Assembly: GCF_001194135.2 (NCBI RefSeq)
Contig: NC_068983.1
Location: 78,856,108-78,920,107 of the forward strand
Source of the DNA: Octopus bimaculoides
Taxonomy: Eukaryota
Reading direction: 5' to 3'
Length of the DNA stretch: 64,000 nucleotides
A program made the position numbers and the translations under genes. Below, one piece after another: positions 11,773 to 24,550 of this stretch; positions within the stretch are counted from its first letter, which is position 1, and the number at the start of each line of letters is the position of its first letter. Under the pieces are notes generated by a model. It was not told the origin of the DNA. It worked only from the letters and a program-made list of their open reading frames with translations, and did no database searches.

Positions 11773-12438
11773 CAGTGGCCACTCATGTATAGGAACTACA
11801 GAACTGCAGCACCCACTATTTCCACTCAATATTATCGATAACATTCAATATAATGAGTCCTGAATTATATAATCCTTAAGCTTAATGTCATTAACCATCC
11901 CTTAGTTAATGATAATGATACAAAAAGCCTTGTATAGAACTGTGCGCTTCACAGTTCCAGCAACATGGTGCTTGGCTATTGTGTGCATGCTCACATGTCC
12001 TTGATAGAAAGCTTCACAATAGAGAGAGAGAGAGCACTGTGTGAACAACAGTGCCGGGTGAAAGGTAATGTTTCTTTTTGACTTCGCATGTGTTGTGTTT
12101 AAAAACGTGCTTATATTCTTGAATGTGATAAAGTGTAGAATTAGATTATTATCCTACTTCCAGCTTCAGTGTTGTTGCCAGGATTTGAAAAATAGGGCAC
12201 ATTTCCTCTACTTCTCTTATGATTTAGGGCTGATATTTGAAAAACAAGGGGGGAATTCATGGCGGTGTTCAGTGAACAAATCAAACACACAACCTGGCAG
12301 AAGCTAAAATGCAAACCAATCAAGTTTATGTATAAATTTCCTTTTTATATGTTTGTTTCCTTTTCCACAATATTAAAACAATGGCTAAAAATTTTCTGAT
12401 GCAGCAGCCCCACTAATTTTATCTATGAGCCGCCACTG
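11773..12438. mobile_element. Non-autonomous hAT-like DNA transposon
   Basis: Imperfect TIRs CAGTGGCCACTCAT / ATGAGCCGCCACTG (12/14), 8-bp flanks ATTGGGGG vs ATCAGGGG (6/8), subterminal GCAGCA(G)C(C)CCACTA motif near both ends. Confidence 0.6.
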
Positions 12439-13364
12439 ATCAGGGGTGTATTACAGTTGGACTATTAGATTAATATTTATAGCAATTGTATTTTAATAGT
12501 TCTAACCAGAGTATCTGGAAGTTTTTCATGTTATTTTGATGTGTGAATTTTTTTTGATATTGTAACAATGTTTGCTTTTTTACTGTAATTTTTTCCTCAT
12601 GGGAAAAATTTAGTTCAATGCTTCAAAATAACAATACACTTAACTGCAGCCCACCAGATAGCTTTTATATTCATCTAACTTACTAGCTTCAAATTTTCAT
12701 GCAAAAATATCAATGAATTAAAATGTATCAACAAAACAAAATAAAATCTTTTATCTAAATCTACATATCTAAATGTGATGAGATGTTTAATTCTGTTTGA
12801 ATGATAGTGATTTTATATTTGTAATATTATTTATCCTAAGGAGCCTCTTCCACAAATGCTTCTCTGAAGTGAAGTTTATTATTTCAACAAATAACTTTGC
12901 AGTAATCCTTATAAATTACAACTGACTTACAAATTCTGACTTCTTTACAAATTGTTACAGTAGACGACAAAATTTCAATGTAATATTCTATCTAATTTTA
13001 TTTCTGATGAAGTTAATGACCATATACTTAATTTGCTTTCATTTCCAAGGAATCAGTCAACTACTCAGCTCAGTCAAAGTATTGATCAAAGATGATTAAC
13101 AAATTATTGAATGATTCAATGAGCTGCTATATAATAATGCAGCTAGATAATGATAGGATCAATATACCCATATTTTGGGTAATATTATTAAAATAGTGAA
13201 TTTTAGTTAAGGTCATATCAAAAGATTTATATTATTGAAAATACCATTAGGAAAATTCAGATACATTCACTTGGTTTCCCAAAATATATTAAAAATCATT
13301 ACAGTTTCGAAACTTTCTTCAAAGAGCATTTGATCTTTCTCACTTTGTAACGCAGTATATATTC

Positions 13365-13578
13365 TTTTCTACTCTAGGCACAAGGCACAACATTTTTGGG
13401 CAGGGAGCCAGTCGATTAGATCGACCCAGTAGACAACTGGTTCTTAATTTATCGACCCTGAAAAGATGAAAGGCAAAGTCAAGCTCGGTGAAATTTGAAC
13501 TCACAACATAAAGACAGACGAAATACTGCTAAGCATTTTGCCTGGCATGCTAATGTTTCTGCCAGCTAGCTGCCTTTT
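13365..13578 (-). mobile_element. SINE family B copy
   Basis: Close reverse-complement match to 23603-23835. Confidence 0.85.
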
Positions 13579-13860
13579 GATGCAGTATATATTGATATAA
13601 CTGGCAGTATGACTTCCATTTTTCTCTGTTTATCCACCTTAAAAGGGAGATAGCATTCACCTTATTGGAGTTTCACCTTATTGGAGTTACCACTCTTAGT
13701 TTTAAAAATCTTACTTGAATGATAACTGTTATATGATATGTAATGTTAGGAACCTACTTTTGTCACTGTTGGTTGTGTTGGGAAATATTATATTTGTAAT
13801 TCATTGATTGTTAAACTGTATTATTGTTACTAATAACAAATTTATTGAAAATATATATAA

Positions 13861-14027
13861 GTGCAGGCCTGACTGTGTGGTTTAGAATTTCTCTTCTCAG
13901 CAACATGGTCTCAGATTAAGACCTATTGAATGGCACTTTGGGCAGATATCTTCTGCTACAGCCTCAGTTCAACTAAAGCCTTGTGAGTGAATTTCACACT
14001 TGGAAACTGAAAGAAGACTGTCATATA
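13861..14027 (+). mobile_element. SINE family A head, interrupted by a mariner; tail resumes at 14883-15085
   Basis: GCAGGCCTGACTGTGTGG...GGCACTTTGGGCAGATATCTTC...AAAGCCTTGTGAGTGAATTT...GAAACTGAAAGAAG, then TA. Confidence 0.75.
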
Positions 14028-14882
14028 TGAGGTAGAATCAGAAAGTTCCTGTACTAGTTCTGTAGCAAGCCAACAGATAGCAGCACATGGTTGCATGCAC
14101 TAAAAGAGCTAGCAGTGGCCTTCATGAGGCAGTGCACCAAGTGACATTGCTGTGTTTACTTTGCCAGTTGTGAAATTTGTGTTTTTGTGATCACGTGTAT
14201 GTTGTAGTCTGCGATTTTATCATGGACAGGAACAAAGAGCCAACATAAAATTTTGCATTAAACTTAGAAAGTCTGCTACCAAGACATTGAACATGCTTCA
14301 GCAAGCTTATGGTAGCAAAACAATGGGTCTTACACAATGTTTTGAGTGGTGTAGGTGCTTCAAAAGTGGAAGAATGTCTCCAGAAGAGAATGAATCATCT
14401 GGAAGACCTGCCACAAGCCTCAGGCCTGAAAATGTGGCATTGTGCATCGAGAATCTGTTCCCCAAGGTCAGACCAGCAATTGAGAGTTCTACTGTAATGT
14501 TTTGAAGTATTTGAGGGAGGGCATTCATTGAAAGCAACCAGATCTGAATTTTTCACTGAGCTCACCTCACTTATGGGTTTCTCATCAAAAGCAACACAGT
14601 AGTGCTTCCGTACCCACCCTATTTGCCAGATTTAGCTACTGCAGACTTCCATCTCTTCCCCAAGATGAAAATGCAGCTCAAAGGCCGCCATTTTAACATT
14701 GATGTCAAGATCAAGAGCGAATTGCAGAAGGTCCTTGACTAGCTTACAGAAAACAACTTCCAGGCCAGATTCCAAAAGTGGCTGGGACTGGTGTATTGCT
14801 GTACAAGGTGACTATTTCAAAGGAGATGATGTTAAAACTTAAGTAAACATAACTAGTCTGGGAACCCTTTGATACCGCCTCA
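14028..14882 (+). mobile_element. Internally deleted mariner transposon
   Basis: About 30-bp TIRs (TGAGGTAGAATCAGAAAGTTCCTGTACTAG / CTAGTCTGGGAACCCTTTGATACCGCCTCA), TA on both sides, EQRANIKFC...SATKTLNMLQQAYG...FEWCRCFKSG...SGRP and YPPYLPDLATADFHLFPKMK. The catalytic middle is missing. Confidence 0.9.
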
Positions 14883-15239
14883 TATATATTTATGTATGAT
14901 TGTATGTGTGCATGTGTGTGTGTTTGTGACCCCTTCTCTTGATATTATGTGATAGTTGCCAACTAGATTTAGCATACATGCAGTGTTGTTCATTTCCAAT
15001 CCAGTGACAAAATAAGGCCATGGGAAAATACCACCTTGCTTCAAAACAGGTGATAGTTGGTGGCAGAAGGGGTACCATGGACGTTAAGTATGATGAGGGT
15101 GATGAGAAAATACAAAGGAGAAATTTGTTTTCATTCTATTTTAATTCAAGAAATCTTTCTATTTTGAAAATTAGTATTAGTTCAATTAATTCACTGTAAA
15201 ATTTGTAGAAATTAATATTATAATTATGATACTTATATA

Positions 15240-15380
15240 GATGTTCTGAGTTCAAATTCCACTGAGGTCAACTTTGATTTTCATTCTTTCAGGAGTCAAT
15301 GAAATAAATGCTAGCTGAGCACTGGGGTCGATGTAACTAGCCTTATCCTTTAAAATTTCAGGCCTTGTGCCTATAGAAGA
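15240..15380 (+). mobile_element. SINE family B, 5'-truncated
   Basis: GTTCTGAGTTCAAATTCCACTGAGGTCAACTTTG...CACTGGGGTCGATGTAA. Confidence 0.75.
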
Positions 15381-15919
15381 AAGCAATATTATAATTATTG
15401 TTCCTATGTAACATTAACTGATATGATCCAATAACAGAATATACATTTCCAAAATAACCTGCCAGATAGCAGTAAGCACTTTTGTTAATATATATTTTGT
15501 GCAAACGACTTAAAGACAATTTTTAAGAAGCTGTTACATAAGATGTTTTCAAATTATCACTTTCATCTTCTTTTGAAGTAGGCCACTTCTTAAGTAGGCT
15601 TTCTTAAGATATCTTCAGTTGTTCTATGAATTCATATATGTTTTTGCTGTTGTTTAATGCTTAAGTATAAATTTCCAAGTAAGAATTTTATTCTATGCCT
15701 CTAATAATGATTCATTTGTCAGGCATGTAAGTTTTTAAAAAGTAGAATCTAGCAATGATCTGATATACAACTCAAGATGAGTCCTTTGCTAATTAAAACC
15801 ACTCAGTGTAAAGTGACATATCATAATGAATATATAGCACTTTTATATTTCTGAGTTTCTCTTTAATGCTCTTAAGTGTGTCATCATTCACAAAATATTA
15901 CATAATGAGTTTGGGGACA

Positions 15920-16084
15920 AGTTAATCATGTGGTTTAGAAGCTCACTTTCCAAGCGCATGGTTTCAGATTACATTCCATTGCATTACACCTCGGTCAAGT
16001 ATCTTCTACTTTCAACTGCAACTTGGGTCAACCAAAGCCTGGTGAGTGAATTTGATAGATGGAAATTGAAAGAAATTTTTGGCA

Positions 16085-16085
<1 letters not shown>
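15920..16085 (+). mobile_element. SINE family A head (decayed)
   Basis: CACCTCGGTCAAGTATCTTCTACT...CCAAAGCCTGGTGAGTGAATTTGATAGATGGAAATTGAAAGAA. Confidence 0.7.
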
Positions 16086-16122
<37 letters not shown>

Positions 16123-16233
16123 TGCACATTTGTGTGTGTGTATGTATTTATATATACACACACACATACATATATATATATANNNNNNNNNNNNNNNNNN
16201 NNNNNNNNNNNNNNNNNNNNNNNNNNNNNNNNN

Positions 16234-17335
16234 AAAGGTTGAAAAGGAACACACGAGTAGATATATATGGAAAAAAGACTAAGTAGAAAATGCTAAAAGA
16301 CTTTTATAAAGAACATTACAGAACCGGTTTTGATCCTTGAGATCTTTTCAACAGTAAATATGAATAATAGATTTTTGAAAAATTATTGAAAAATTAAATT
16401 TTGGTAAATTTAAAAGAAAAGTCTTTTTAAAGACATATTTGTATAGTATTCAAGTAACAGCGGCATTTTCTTGTTTCTGCCTGTCTCTGTTTCACTTGTT
16501 AACTCTTGTGGGTTCGAAGAAGGAGTGCTATAATAGTAGCAGAGTGTTAATTGGTTGGGTGTCCTGACATTGACCTGTTGATGGTCATAGTGATCTGTAT
16601 TGTTTATAATGTTTGCATAGATGTTATTCTAAATAGCAGTAGTAGTAATAAAGTAAGGGAGGAGGTGGTGGAAAGGAAGAAGAAGATGACGGAGAAGATG
16701 AGGGATGGGGGGGGGAGAAGGAGAGAAATAGTAATAATAAAATGCAGGATAGAGTGATAGTAACTAGTCGAGTGAGTCTTGATTGGGGTTGTTTTTTTAT
16801 ATTTTTTTTATTTTTTTATAATTCCTTGAGTATCTATTTGGAGTTTATCATTTTTAATATTTGTGTGTGTGTTTTATTCTAAGGTTGTGGTGGATATGTC
16901 CTTCATTGTAGATGCGTTCAGAAGAGGTCTGTATTTTGTGATGAAGAGAGACTCTTTACTTATTATTTGGCTGTAGGTTGCATCATCTCTGAATTGATAG
17001 AGGGGAAAGATTCTGAAACTAGGATTTTTATTATTGGCGCAAATATTGATGTGTTGGCTGAATGCTATTTTTCTGTTTTGAGGAATTTTGATTTGGGATT
17101 TGTGCAGAGCCATCCGTTGACGTAGGCTGTTTTTGTTTGGCCAATGTACTGCTCTTGACACCCAGAGCAGGTTAGTACGTATATCAGGTTCTCCGAAGTA
17201 CATGTGAAGTTACTTTTCACTTTGAAATTTTGTCCGTGTTTGAAGGAGAACTCTGATCCCTCAATTAGATTGATGCATATTCTGCAGTAGACCCAACCAC
17301 GGTAAATTTCTGATTTACCCCCCACCCATACCTAG
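16234..17335 (-). mobile_element. Penelope-like element 3' end (GIY-YIG endonuclease, frameshifted) with 3' repeat
   Basis: NFTCTSENLIYVLTCSGCQEQYIGQTKT / LRQRMALHKSQI...FRIFPLYQ...KESLFITKYRPLLN. GIY-YIG with CxxC typical of PLEs; same family as 27895-28260. Confidence 0.9.
16316..16357 (-). ncRNA. Degenerate hammerhead-like motif in the PLE 3' repeat
   Basis: Minus strand TTA-CTGTTGA-AAAGATC(TCAAG)GATC-AAAA-CCGGT-TC-TGTAA. Palindromic AACCGGTT stem III, but the core is altered at A6 and G12. Confidence 0.3.
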
Positions 17336-18221
17336 TATTCAATTGTGATATTGCTCTGAAATAGTAAGCACTTGGATGTATACAGAGGTATACATCCAGT
17401 GGTATATTGGATATTTACTATTCCTTAGATGGTTGCTTAACTCCAACTCATACAGACGTATATATATGTATATATATATATATGTATGTTTATGGATCTG
17501 TATATGGAAGGATGGATGGATATACATATAGATATATGTATGTATCTATGTATATATATATGTACGTATTTATATGTATTTATATGCATGTGTTTGTGTC
17601 TTCTTGTCTAGGAAGCATACCATAGTTATAAATGAGTATCACTATCACAGAAGCTGTGTCCTTTGATAGCAATCTTCCATGAAAATATGGCAAGCTATGG
17701 GGAAAAATTGTCTTGCTTGTAAACAGGTAAGTGTTGGTGACAAGAAAGCAATCTAGCTATTGAAAATTTGCATATATATATATATATATATATATATACA
17801 CGCATAAATACATTTTTTTAAAAATGTGTATATATATGTACTTATAGGTATGTGTTTGCACACACACACACACACACATANNNNNNNNNNNNNNNNNNNN
17901 NNNNNNNNNNNNNNNNNNNNNNNNNNNNNNNNNNNNNNNNNNNNNNNNNNNNNNNNNNNNNNNNNNNNNNNNNNNNNNNNNNNNNNNNNNNNNNNNNNNN
18001 NNNNNNNNNNNNNNNNNNNNNNNNNNNNNNNNNNNNNNNNNNNNNNNNNNNNNNNNNNNNNNNNNNNNNNNNNNNNNNNNNNNNNNNNNNNNNNNNNNNN
18101 NNNNNNNNNNNNNNNNNNNNNNNNNNNNNNNNNNNNNNNNNNNNNNNNNNNNNNNNNNNNNNNNNNNNNNNNNNNNNNNNNNNNNNNNNNNNNNNNNNNN
18201 NNNNNNNNNNNNNNNNNNNNN

Positions 18222-19443
18222 NTATGTGATTTGTAGTAAGGTATATGGTAAACTTTGACAGCAGCTCATTTTGCGCCCTTATTATATTTTGGCAATCTTT
18301 ATTTTTTGTTAGAAAGCTGACACGTAGTTTTTTATTCTAACTCATTTTGTGCTTTATAAAGTATTTGTAAATCGTTTTTTGCTATTTTTGTTTAGAGATG
18401 GATAAGTTGGAAATTCGTACAGTTTTGAAATATGAGTTCTTTCTTGGAAACACAGCATCACACACAGCTCAGAATATTAAAGGAGTATTTCATTCTAATG
18501 TTATTACATAGCAGACAGTATCAAATTAGTCTGCAAAATTTCGTTCTGGTAACTTTGACCTCACAAATGAGCAACACGGTCAACCAGAAACAAAAGTGGA
18601 TAATGACGAACTGAAAGCCACCCTCAAGTCAACTCCATCTCAAAGTGCCCGTGAATTATTGTTGTTGTCTGGTGTTAGCAAGCAAACAATATTGACTCAC
18701 CTAGTTCAAATCAGTAAAGTGAAAATGTTGGATAAGTGGGTTCCACATGAACTCAATGAAAATCAGAAACAGCAACGTTTGAAAGCTTGCATTATGCTAC
18801 TTTCTCATCACAAAAATGAATTATTTTTTAATTGAATTGTAACATGTGATGAGAAATGGATCCAATACAAAAGTGTAAATGTTCAGCACAATGGCTGGAC
18901 AAAGATGAGCCACCAAAACACAGTCCAAAAAGCAAAATTCATTAAAAGAAGCTGATGGTGTGTATTTGGTGGTCTGGCGCAGGTTGTCTGGTGCAGCCAA
19001 TTGGACCAAATGATGCAGAAAATTACAAAAAAAAATAGCCTAGATTAGTAAAGATCACTTCCTATTATATTGCAAGACAATGCCAGACCATATATCCCAA
19101 AAATGACATTGGAGAAACTACAGGGGTTGGAGTTGGAAGTTATGCATTATCCACCATACCTACCTGATCTTGTCCCCACTGACTACCACTTCTTCTAGAA
19201 TTTGGATAACTTTTTGATAGGAAAAAAATTAATTCTGACAATGTTATAAAACAGGCCTTCCAAAATTTTATTGATTCTAGATTGCCAGGCTTTTACAGTT
19301 CCAGGCCGGACAAGCCACTGCTGAAATGGCAAAAGTGTATTGACAATATGAGTGCATACTTTGATGAATAAAACTATTCCTTGTATTTATAAAACATCAG
19401 CAGACTTTTTTCTTTTCTACAAATTTCCTACTTGACGACCTAA
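18222..19443 (+). mobile_element. Decayed mariner (DD34D) transposon; 5' TIR not seen (N-gap immediately upstream)
   Basis: MDKLEIRTVLKYEF...KWVPHELNENQK...IVTCDEKWI...QDNARP-(34 aa)-YLPDLVPTDYH. The 3' end is CGACCTAA followed by TA. Stops and an internal deletion are present. Confidence 0.9.
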
Positions 19444-19546
19444 TATATGTATACATGTATATATAAATATATGTATATATATGTGTGTGTATGTGTGTGT
19501 GTGTGTGTGTACATATATATGTGTGGGTGTGTGTGTATGTGTGTGT

Positions 19547-19889
19547 GGAGGTGCAATGGTACAGTGGTTAGGGCAGCAGACTCGCAGTCGTGGGATCGCG
19601 GTTTGGATTCCTAGACTGGGCATTGTGAGTGTTTATTAAGCGAAAACACCTAAAGCTCCATGAAGCTCTGGCAAGGGGTGGTGGCGAACCATGCTGTACT
19701 CTTTCTTTCTGTTTCTGTTGCACCTGTATTTCAAAGAGTCAACCTTGTCATGCTAAATCTCCCTGAGAATTACTTTAAGTGTACACGTGTCTGTGGAGTG
19801 CTCAGCCACTTACAAGTTAATTTCACGAGCATGTTGTTCCGTTGATCAGATCAAATGGAACCATTGTCGTCGTAACTGACAGAGTACCA

Positions 19890-19890
<1 letters not shown>
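19547..19890 (+). mobile_element. tRNA-derived SINE (third family)
   Basis: tRNA-like head GGAGGTGCAATGGTACAGTGGTTAGGGCAG...GGTTTGGATTCC, about 340-nt body, ending at (AT)n. Confidence 0.75.
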
Positions 19891-19950
<60 letters not shown>

Positions 19951-21399
19951 CATGTATTTATATACACACACATACAACAAGCTTCTACACAGTTTCTGCC
20001 TACTAAATTCGGTCATAAGACACTGGTCACCCGAGTATTATTAGAAGACACTTGTCCAAGGCCCTCCACAGTGGAACTGAAACCAAAATTATACAAGTAT
20101 AAAGTGAATTTCTTATCTTCACAATCAAGCCAATATTTGTTCTTTGTTTTTTTTTTTTTTAGTCATTATAACTAAGGCCATGCTGGAGCACCATATGTCA
20201 GAACTGTACCAATAACATAAGAATAAGATAAATGTAATGGCTTGTGATCTTTATGAAAATAATCTTCTTTGTACTATTTATTATAGTTTTTAGTTATTTA
20301 CATATCTCCAGCTATACAATATTGTAAGTAAGTAATTGTAGCTGATGAAAAGCCAGTAGAATATGAGGTAATATAATAGTTATGGATATTTCTTTTATTG
20401 TCTCTACTTAGACAAGAAAATAATGAGGTTCTTCTCAATAATGTAGATTTAGAATTCTTTTTAAGTAGATGTTTTCTGGTTACTGTAAAACAATTTCCAA
20501 GCAATTCTTATTGCATTGTCTTCAGTAAATGACTAGAGTTTAAACTTTGTAGAAATAACTAAAAACTATGGTGTACTTCCTAGCTACACAGGCTGAGTCT
20601 ATCTTCAATACATTCTCTTGAAAATATTACCTACTAAACATGGTTACCGAAATGAACCAGCAATTATATTTTAGATATTAATCAGAAGTGTGGACAGCAT
20701 CCAAGACCTTTGAAGACCCTTTCAGGCTAATGAAATTCATGTAGTTGATATGGTAAAAAAACATGGATAAAGGGGAGAATTGCAGAGATCTATATATTCA
20801 TCCATAAAGAATGCTTATTCCATGAAGATCCTAAGGAAATCAGTTAAGAATTTTATGAATCTCTACCACTTAGAATGGGATAGTCAACTGGCTGAAAATT
20901 TTCCAGATCAAATGTCCACCCCAATGGAGGATCTGATAGTTGCAACAGAGAGAAGATAATGAGATTATATGGGGGAGAGAAATTCTTCAAAAGAGTCAAA
21001 TATGAGATCATGTAACACTTGCTAATTCGGAAAAGCAGAGATTTTGCATTAACTGTGGAAGATGCAAGAAAAAATACATCATGTTTATAAGCTAGGGATT
21101 ATAGTGTCTTTTGTAAATTGAGTTTTTGCCAGTCAGCTAAAAGACCTTTTTTAGATGTACTTTTCAATGTTTAACAATAATACAGCAGTGGCGCCACCAC
21201 AGATATGTGACCAATACTTCTGTGAGGGTTCCACTTGCACTTTGCAGAGAATTAAAACCTGATCAGAGCCAAAGTATTTTATAGCCCTAAATAGAGGTAA
21301 AAATGGTTTAATGAGAAAATTTTAGCAAAGCCATTAATGTGAAGTCATCCTAAAAGATCATTAATGGTTCTGAGACTGAGTATTTGCAGGGAGAACCTT

Positions 21400-22560
21400 T
21401 TATGGTTTGTTTATGCGTAAAAGTGGTGAACATTGTTTCTTAGATTGGAATCATAATCATCTCTTGACACTGTTGAAGGAGATTAGGTTGTCATGTTGTG
21501 ATTAAAGGATGTCTTCAAGAGTCTGTTATGAAATCAGTGCAAGTTTGTCTTGAGATCTAGATTGTATGTGGATAATATATGTATATAGAATAGTTTCAGG
21601 AGTAAAGGAAAGGGCATGATCTGCGTAATAGCTGGAATAGTTAGAAGTATATAAAATAGGATATAGAAAACAATATTAAACAACATTTGATAGACTGTGG
21701 GTTGGAGAAAGCTATTACCATATAGTATAATATATAACAAGAAATATCCAGTCTATGAGATGAGCAATGAATGGGTGAGCCCATAACTTTGGAGTTTTCA
21801 TGACAGACATGAATGAAGGTTTTATTGATGACAGGGTCAATAATTTCTTGAAGTTCTTAAGAGTTGAAAACTATTAGAGAGGAACAAGCACAAGTCTTCA
21901 GTATTTCTGACTCAATGGAAACTATATTGACAGTCACTAAAAAGAGAAAAAAAATCAACATGATTAAGAAATATTTTTTTTATGCATAAGAATGAAGGAA
22001 TATTGGTTTGTAGTTGGCAATACCACAAATGTTTCCCTGTTCTGTGTGAATAGAACACGTTGTACAGCATTTTCATAGATGAGGATACATTGTTGAATGA
22101 GAGTTAAGTTTTGATGTTTTGCAAGCTCTCAAGCCCATTGATAAAGCATAATGGAAGGTTCACCATTAGGAATGGATGCCATGTGGAATTGATACCAAAT
22201 ATTAAACATCTTTGACACAAAAAAGTTCTTTACAAAAAAAGTTACTCCTTGATCTTATTTATATTATTGTCATCTAATCACAAAAGCTTATCTCTTGGAA
22301 TCATTGACAATCTCAAGCAAATTTGGTATGCTATTGAAAGTAGCTCTGAGTCTTCTTTTAGCAATATTCTTCAAGATCCAATTCATCAATATGTTTGATA
22401 CTTCCTTTACATTTTCTGCTACTACTAAAATTTCTTGGATAAATTAAAATTCCAATGAAAATGCATTTTTATTCAAAAAGTTTTGAAATTTTTTCCTTCT
22501 TCCCACAAATCTATCACCTTTCAAAAGATCTATTCTGAAAAACAGACATAATTTCTTTCC
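21400..22560 (-). mobile_element. Possible highly decayed PLE RT region
   Basis: Minus frame near 22180-22225 reads VKDV*YLVSIPHGI, resembling the PLE D-V-xx-LYT-x-IPH motif. The rest cannot be resolved. Confidence 0.25.
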
Positions 22561-23602
22561 TCCAGAATTACGAACCAACAGTTCTTCAGAAATAAACACA
22601 AGCAGTATAAATTCCATTAACTTGCGAATCAGTATAGTTGTTTAACTTGCGAGAAAGAGCTGCCAAATTTCCATCAAATTCTGTCCTGCTATCTTTAAAA
22701 GTGAAGAACACAATAGATAATTTGATTCTCAAAATGATTGATCAAAAAACCTCTTTGAGAGAGAGTCCTGTTGCTGCTAACAGAGGTAATAGCTCTCTGA
22801 ACTTCTACTAACCTATTTTTATTCTAGCAACAATACTCTCAAAACACTCTCCACTATTGCTAATTTGGTTGCCTAAGTAACAGAAGCTATCTACAATCTC
22901 AAGAGGGCTCCTGGGCATTTCAGAGAGTCTAATTCCTGTGTGTCCTAAGTGCATATTGTTCCTGCACATCTGCCACACATGAAGATGTCTTTTTTCTTTT
23001 TTTGTTAATCTATCTGTAATTTAATCCCTCCTGAGTGTGTATGACTTGGTAGCAAGTATTATGCTCATACTAACTGTTTTAGGTCCTTATATAGTTGCAA
23101 ACAGACATAAACACTCTCTGAACCCACCCACATTCAATCCAGTGAGACATCCAAGATGTGAAAGTAGGAGGGAGAGAAACTGCACCATCACTTGGATGGT
23201 ATTTATTTCAGTTTAGTAGACTGGAGTAACAGGAAATAAAGTGCCTTGCTCAAGAACACATCACACTGCCCAGTCCATGCTTCTGATCAATAATTAATCA
23301 TCTTAAATACAAACACAGGATTGCACCATTGTTGAATTTATGAGTGACTATGAGAAAAAGAGTGTATGATGTCACTGTCTACCAACACTGCTGCCATCAG
23401 CCTGACCAATTTGAAAAATAACATGGCACAGGCATGGCTGTGTAGCACGATGTTCATTTTGGTTTTCAGGGTCAGCCCACAGTGGAACACCTTGAGGAAG
23501 TGTCTTCTACTATTTTCCCAAATGGCCAAAAACTTGTGAGTGAATTTGATAGAAAGAAGTCAAATTGTAATATATTCACACACACACACATATATATATA
23601 TA

Positions 23603-23835
23603 AAGGCAGCGAGCTGGCAGAAACGTTAGCACACAGGGGAAAAATGCTAAGCGGTATTTCGTCTGCTGCTACGTTCTGAGTTCAAATTCCGCCAAGGTCA
23701 ACTTTGCCTTTCATCCTTTCGGGGTCGATTAAATAAGTACCAGTTACACACTGGGGTTGAAATAATCGACTTAATCCGTTTGTCTGTCCTTGTTTGTCCC
23801 CTCAGTGTGTAGCCCCTTGTGGGCAGTAAAGAAAT
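23603..23835 (+). mobile_element. SINE family B, well preserved copy
   Basis: AAGGCAGCGAGCTGGCAGAAACGTTAGCA...GTTCTGAGTTCAAATTCC...CTTTGCCTTTCATCCTTTCGGGGTCGAT..AATAAGTACC. tRNA-like A/B boxes and a central conserved block. Confidence 0.9.
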
Positions 23836-23849
23836 AACACACATATATA

Positions 23850-24105
23850 TATGTACTAATAATAATAATGACAAGAAAAGAATGAATGAGACCTCGATAT
23901 TATGTAAAATAGAGGAATTCATCTACAAATATAATATGTGACAATAAGTTGGTTGTCATAATAAAACTCAGAGTTTCGGATGCCGGGCTGAAGTCTGCTC
24001 CAGCATCTTATCAGTTATTAAGACAAATGCTATGATAAAAACAACCATTGAATAAAGGGAAATTACTCCAATTAGCATGGGAAAAGTAATACTTCATTCA
24101 TAAAA
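23850..24105 (-). mobile_element. PLE-type terminal repeat carrying a hammerhead
   Basis: Contains the HHR motif at 23960-24019 and lies opposite in orientation, just upstream of the Neptune-like fragment. Confidence 0.5.
23960..24019 (-). ncRNA. Type I hammerhead with damaged core
   Basis: Minus strand AATAA-CTGATAA-GATGCTGG(13 nt)CCGGCATC-C-GAA-ACTC(T)GAGT-T-TTATT. Stems I, II and III all pair; the core reads CUGAUAA and has one extra C. Confidence 0.6.
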
Positions 24106-24284
24106 TCCACATATGCACACATATATACACACACATACACGTACGCATACGCACACACATGTATGTATATATATGTATATACACACCCACAACATGTGTA
24201 CATATACATTCAAACACACATATATACATATATATGTCTATGCATACACACATACACACGCATATATACCCATGCATGCATCAC

Positions 24285-24550
24285 TACGCTCATATACACA
24301 TCTCTACACGTACACACATATACATACGTGGATATACAAAATGTAGTTTATACGCACATGCATATACATATGCAGAAAGACATATATACAAATAAAAACA
24401 CATACGCAAAAATGCACACTTTATTATGTTCATATACACATCTCTATATGCACATATACATACATACATATGCAGATATACAAAATGTAGTCTATACACA
24501 CATGCACATGCGTACGTGGATAGATGTATATACAAATAAAAACACATACG
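24285..24550. repeat. About 140-bp tandem duplication of purine-pyrimidine low-complexity sequence
   Basis: TCATATACACATCTCTA...GATATACAAAATGTAGT...TACAAATAAAAACACATACG occurs twice. Confidence 0.85.

Noticed and set aside
19547-19620. tRNA gene (also 3686, 23603, 26020, 59930)
   Set aside because: There is no closed acceptor stem; each is a retroposon head.
20480-20530. Minus-strand CTGAAGA, good stem II, GAAA
   Set aside because: No stem III and no NUH site with a matching stem I.
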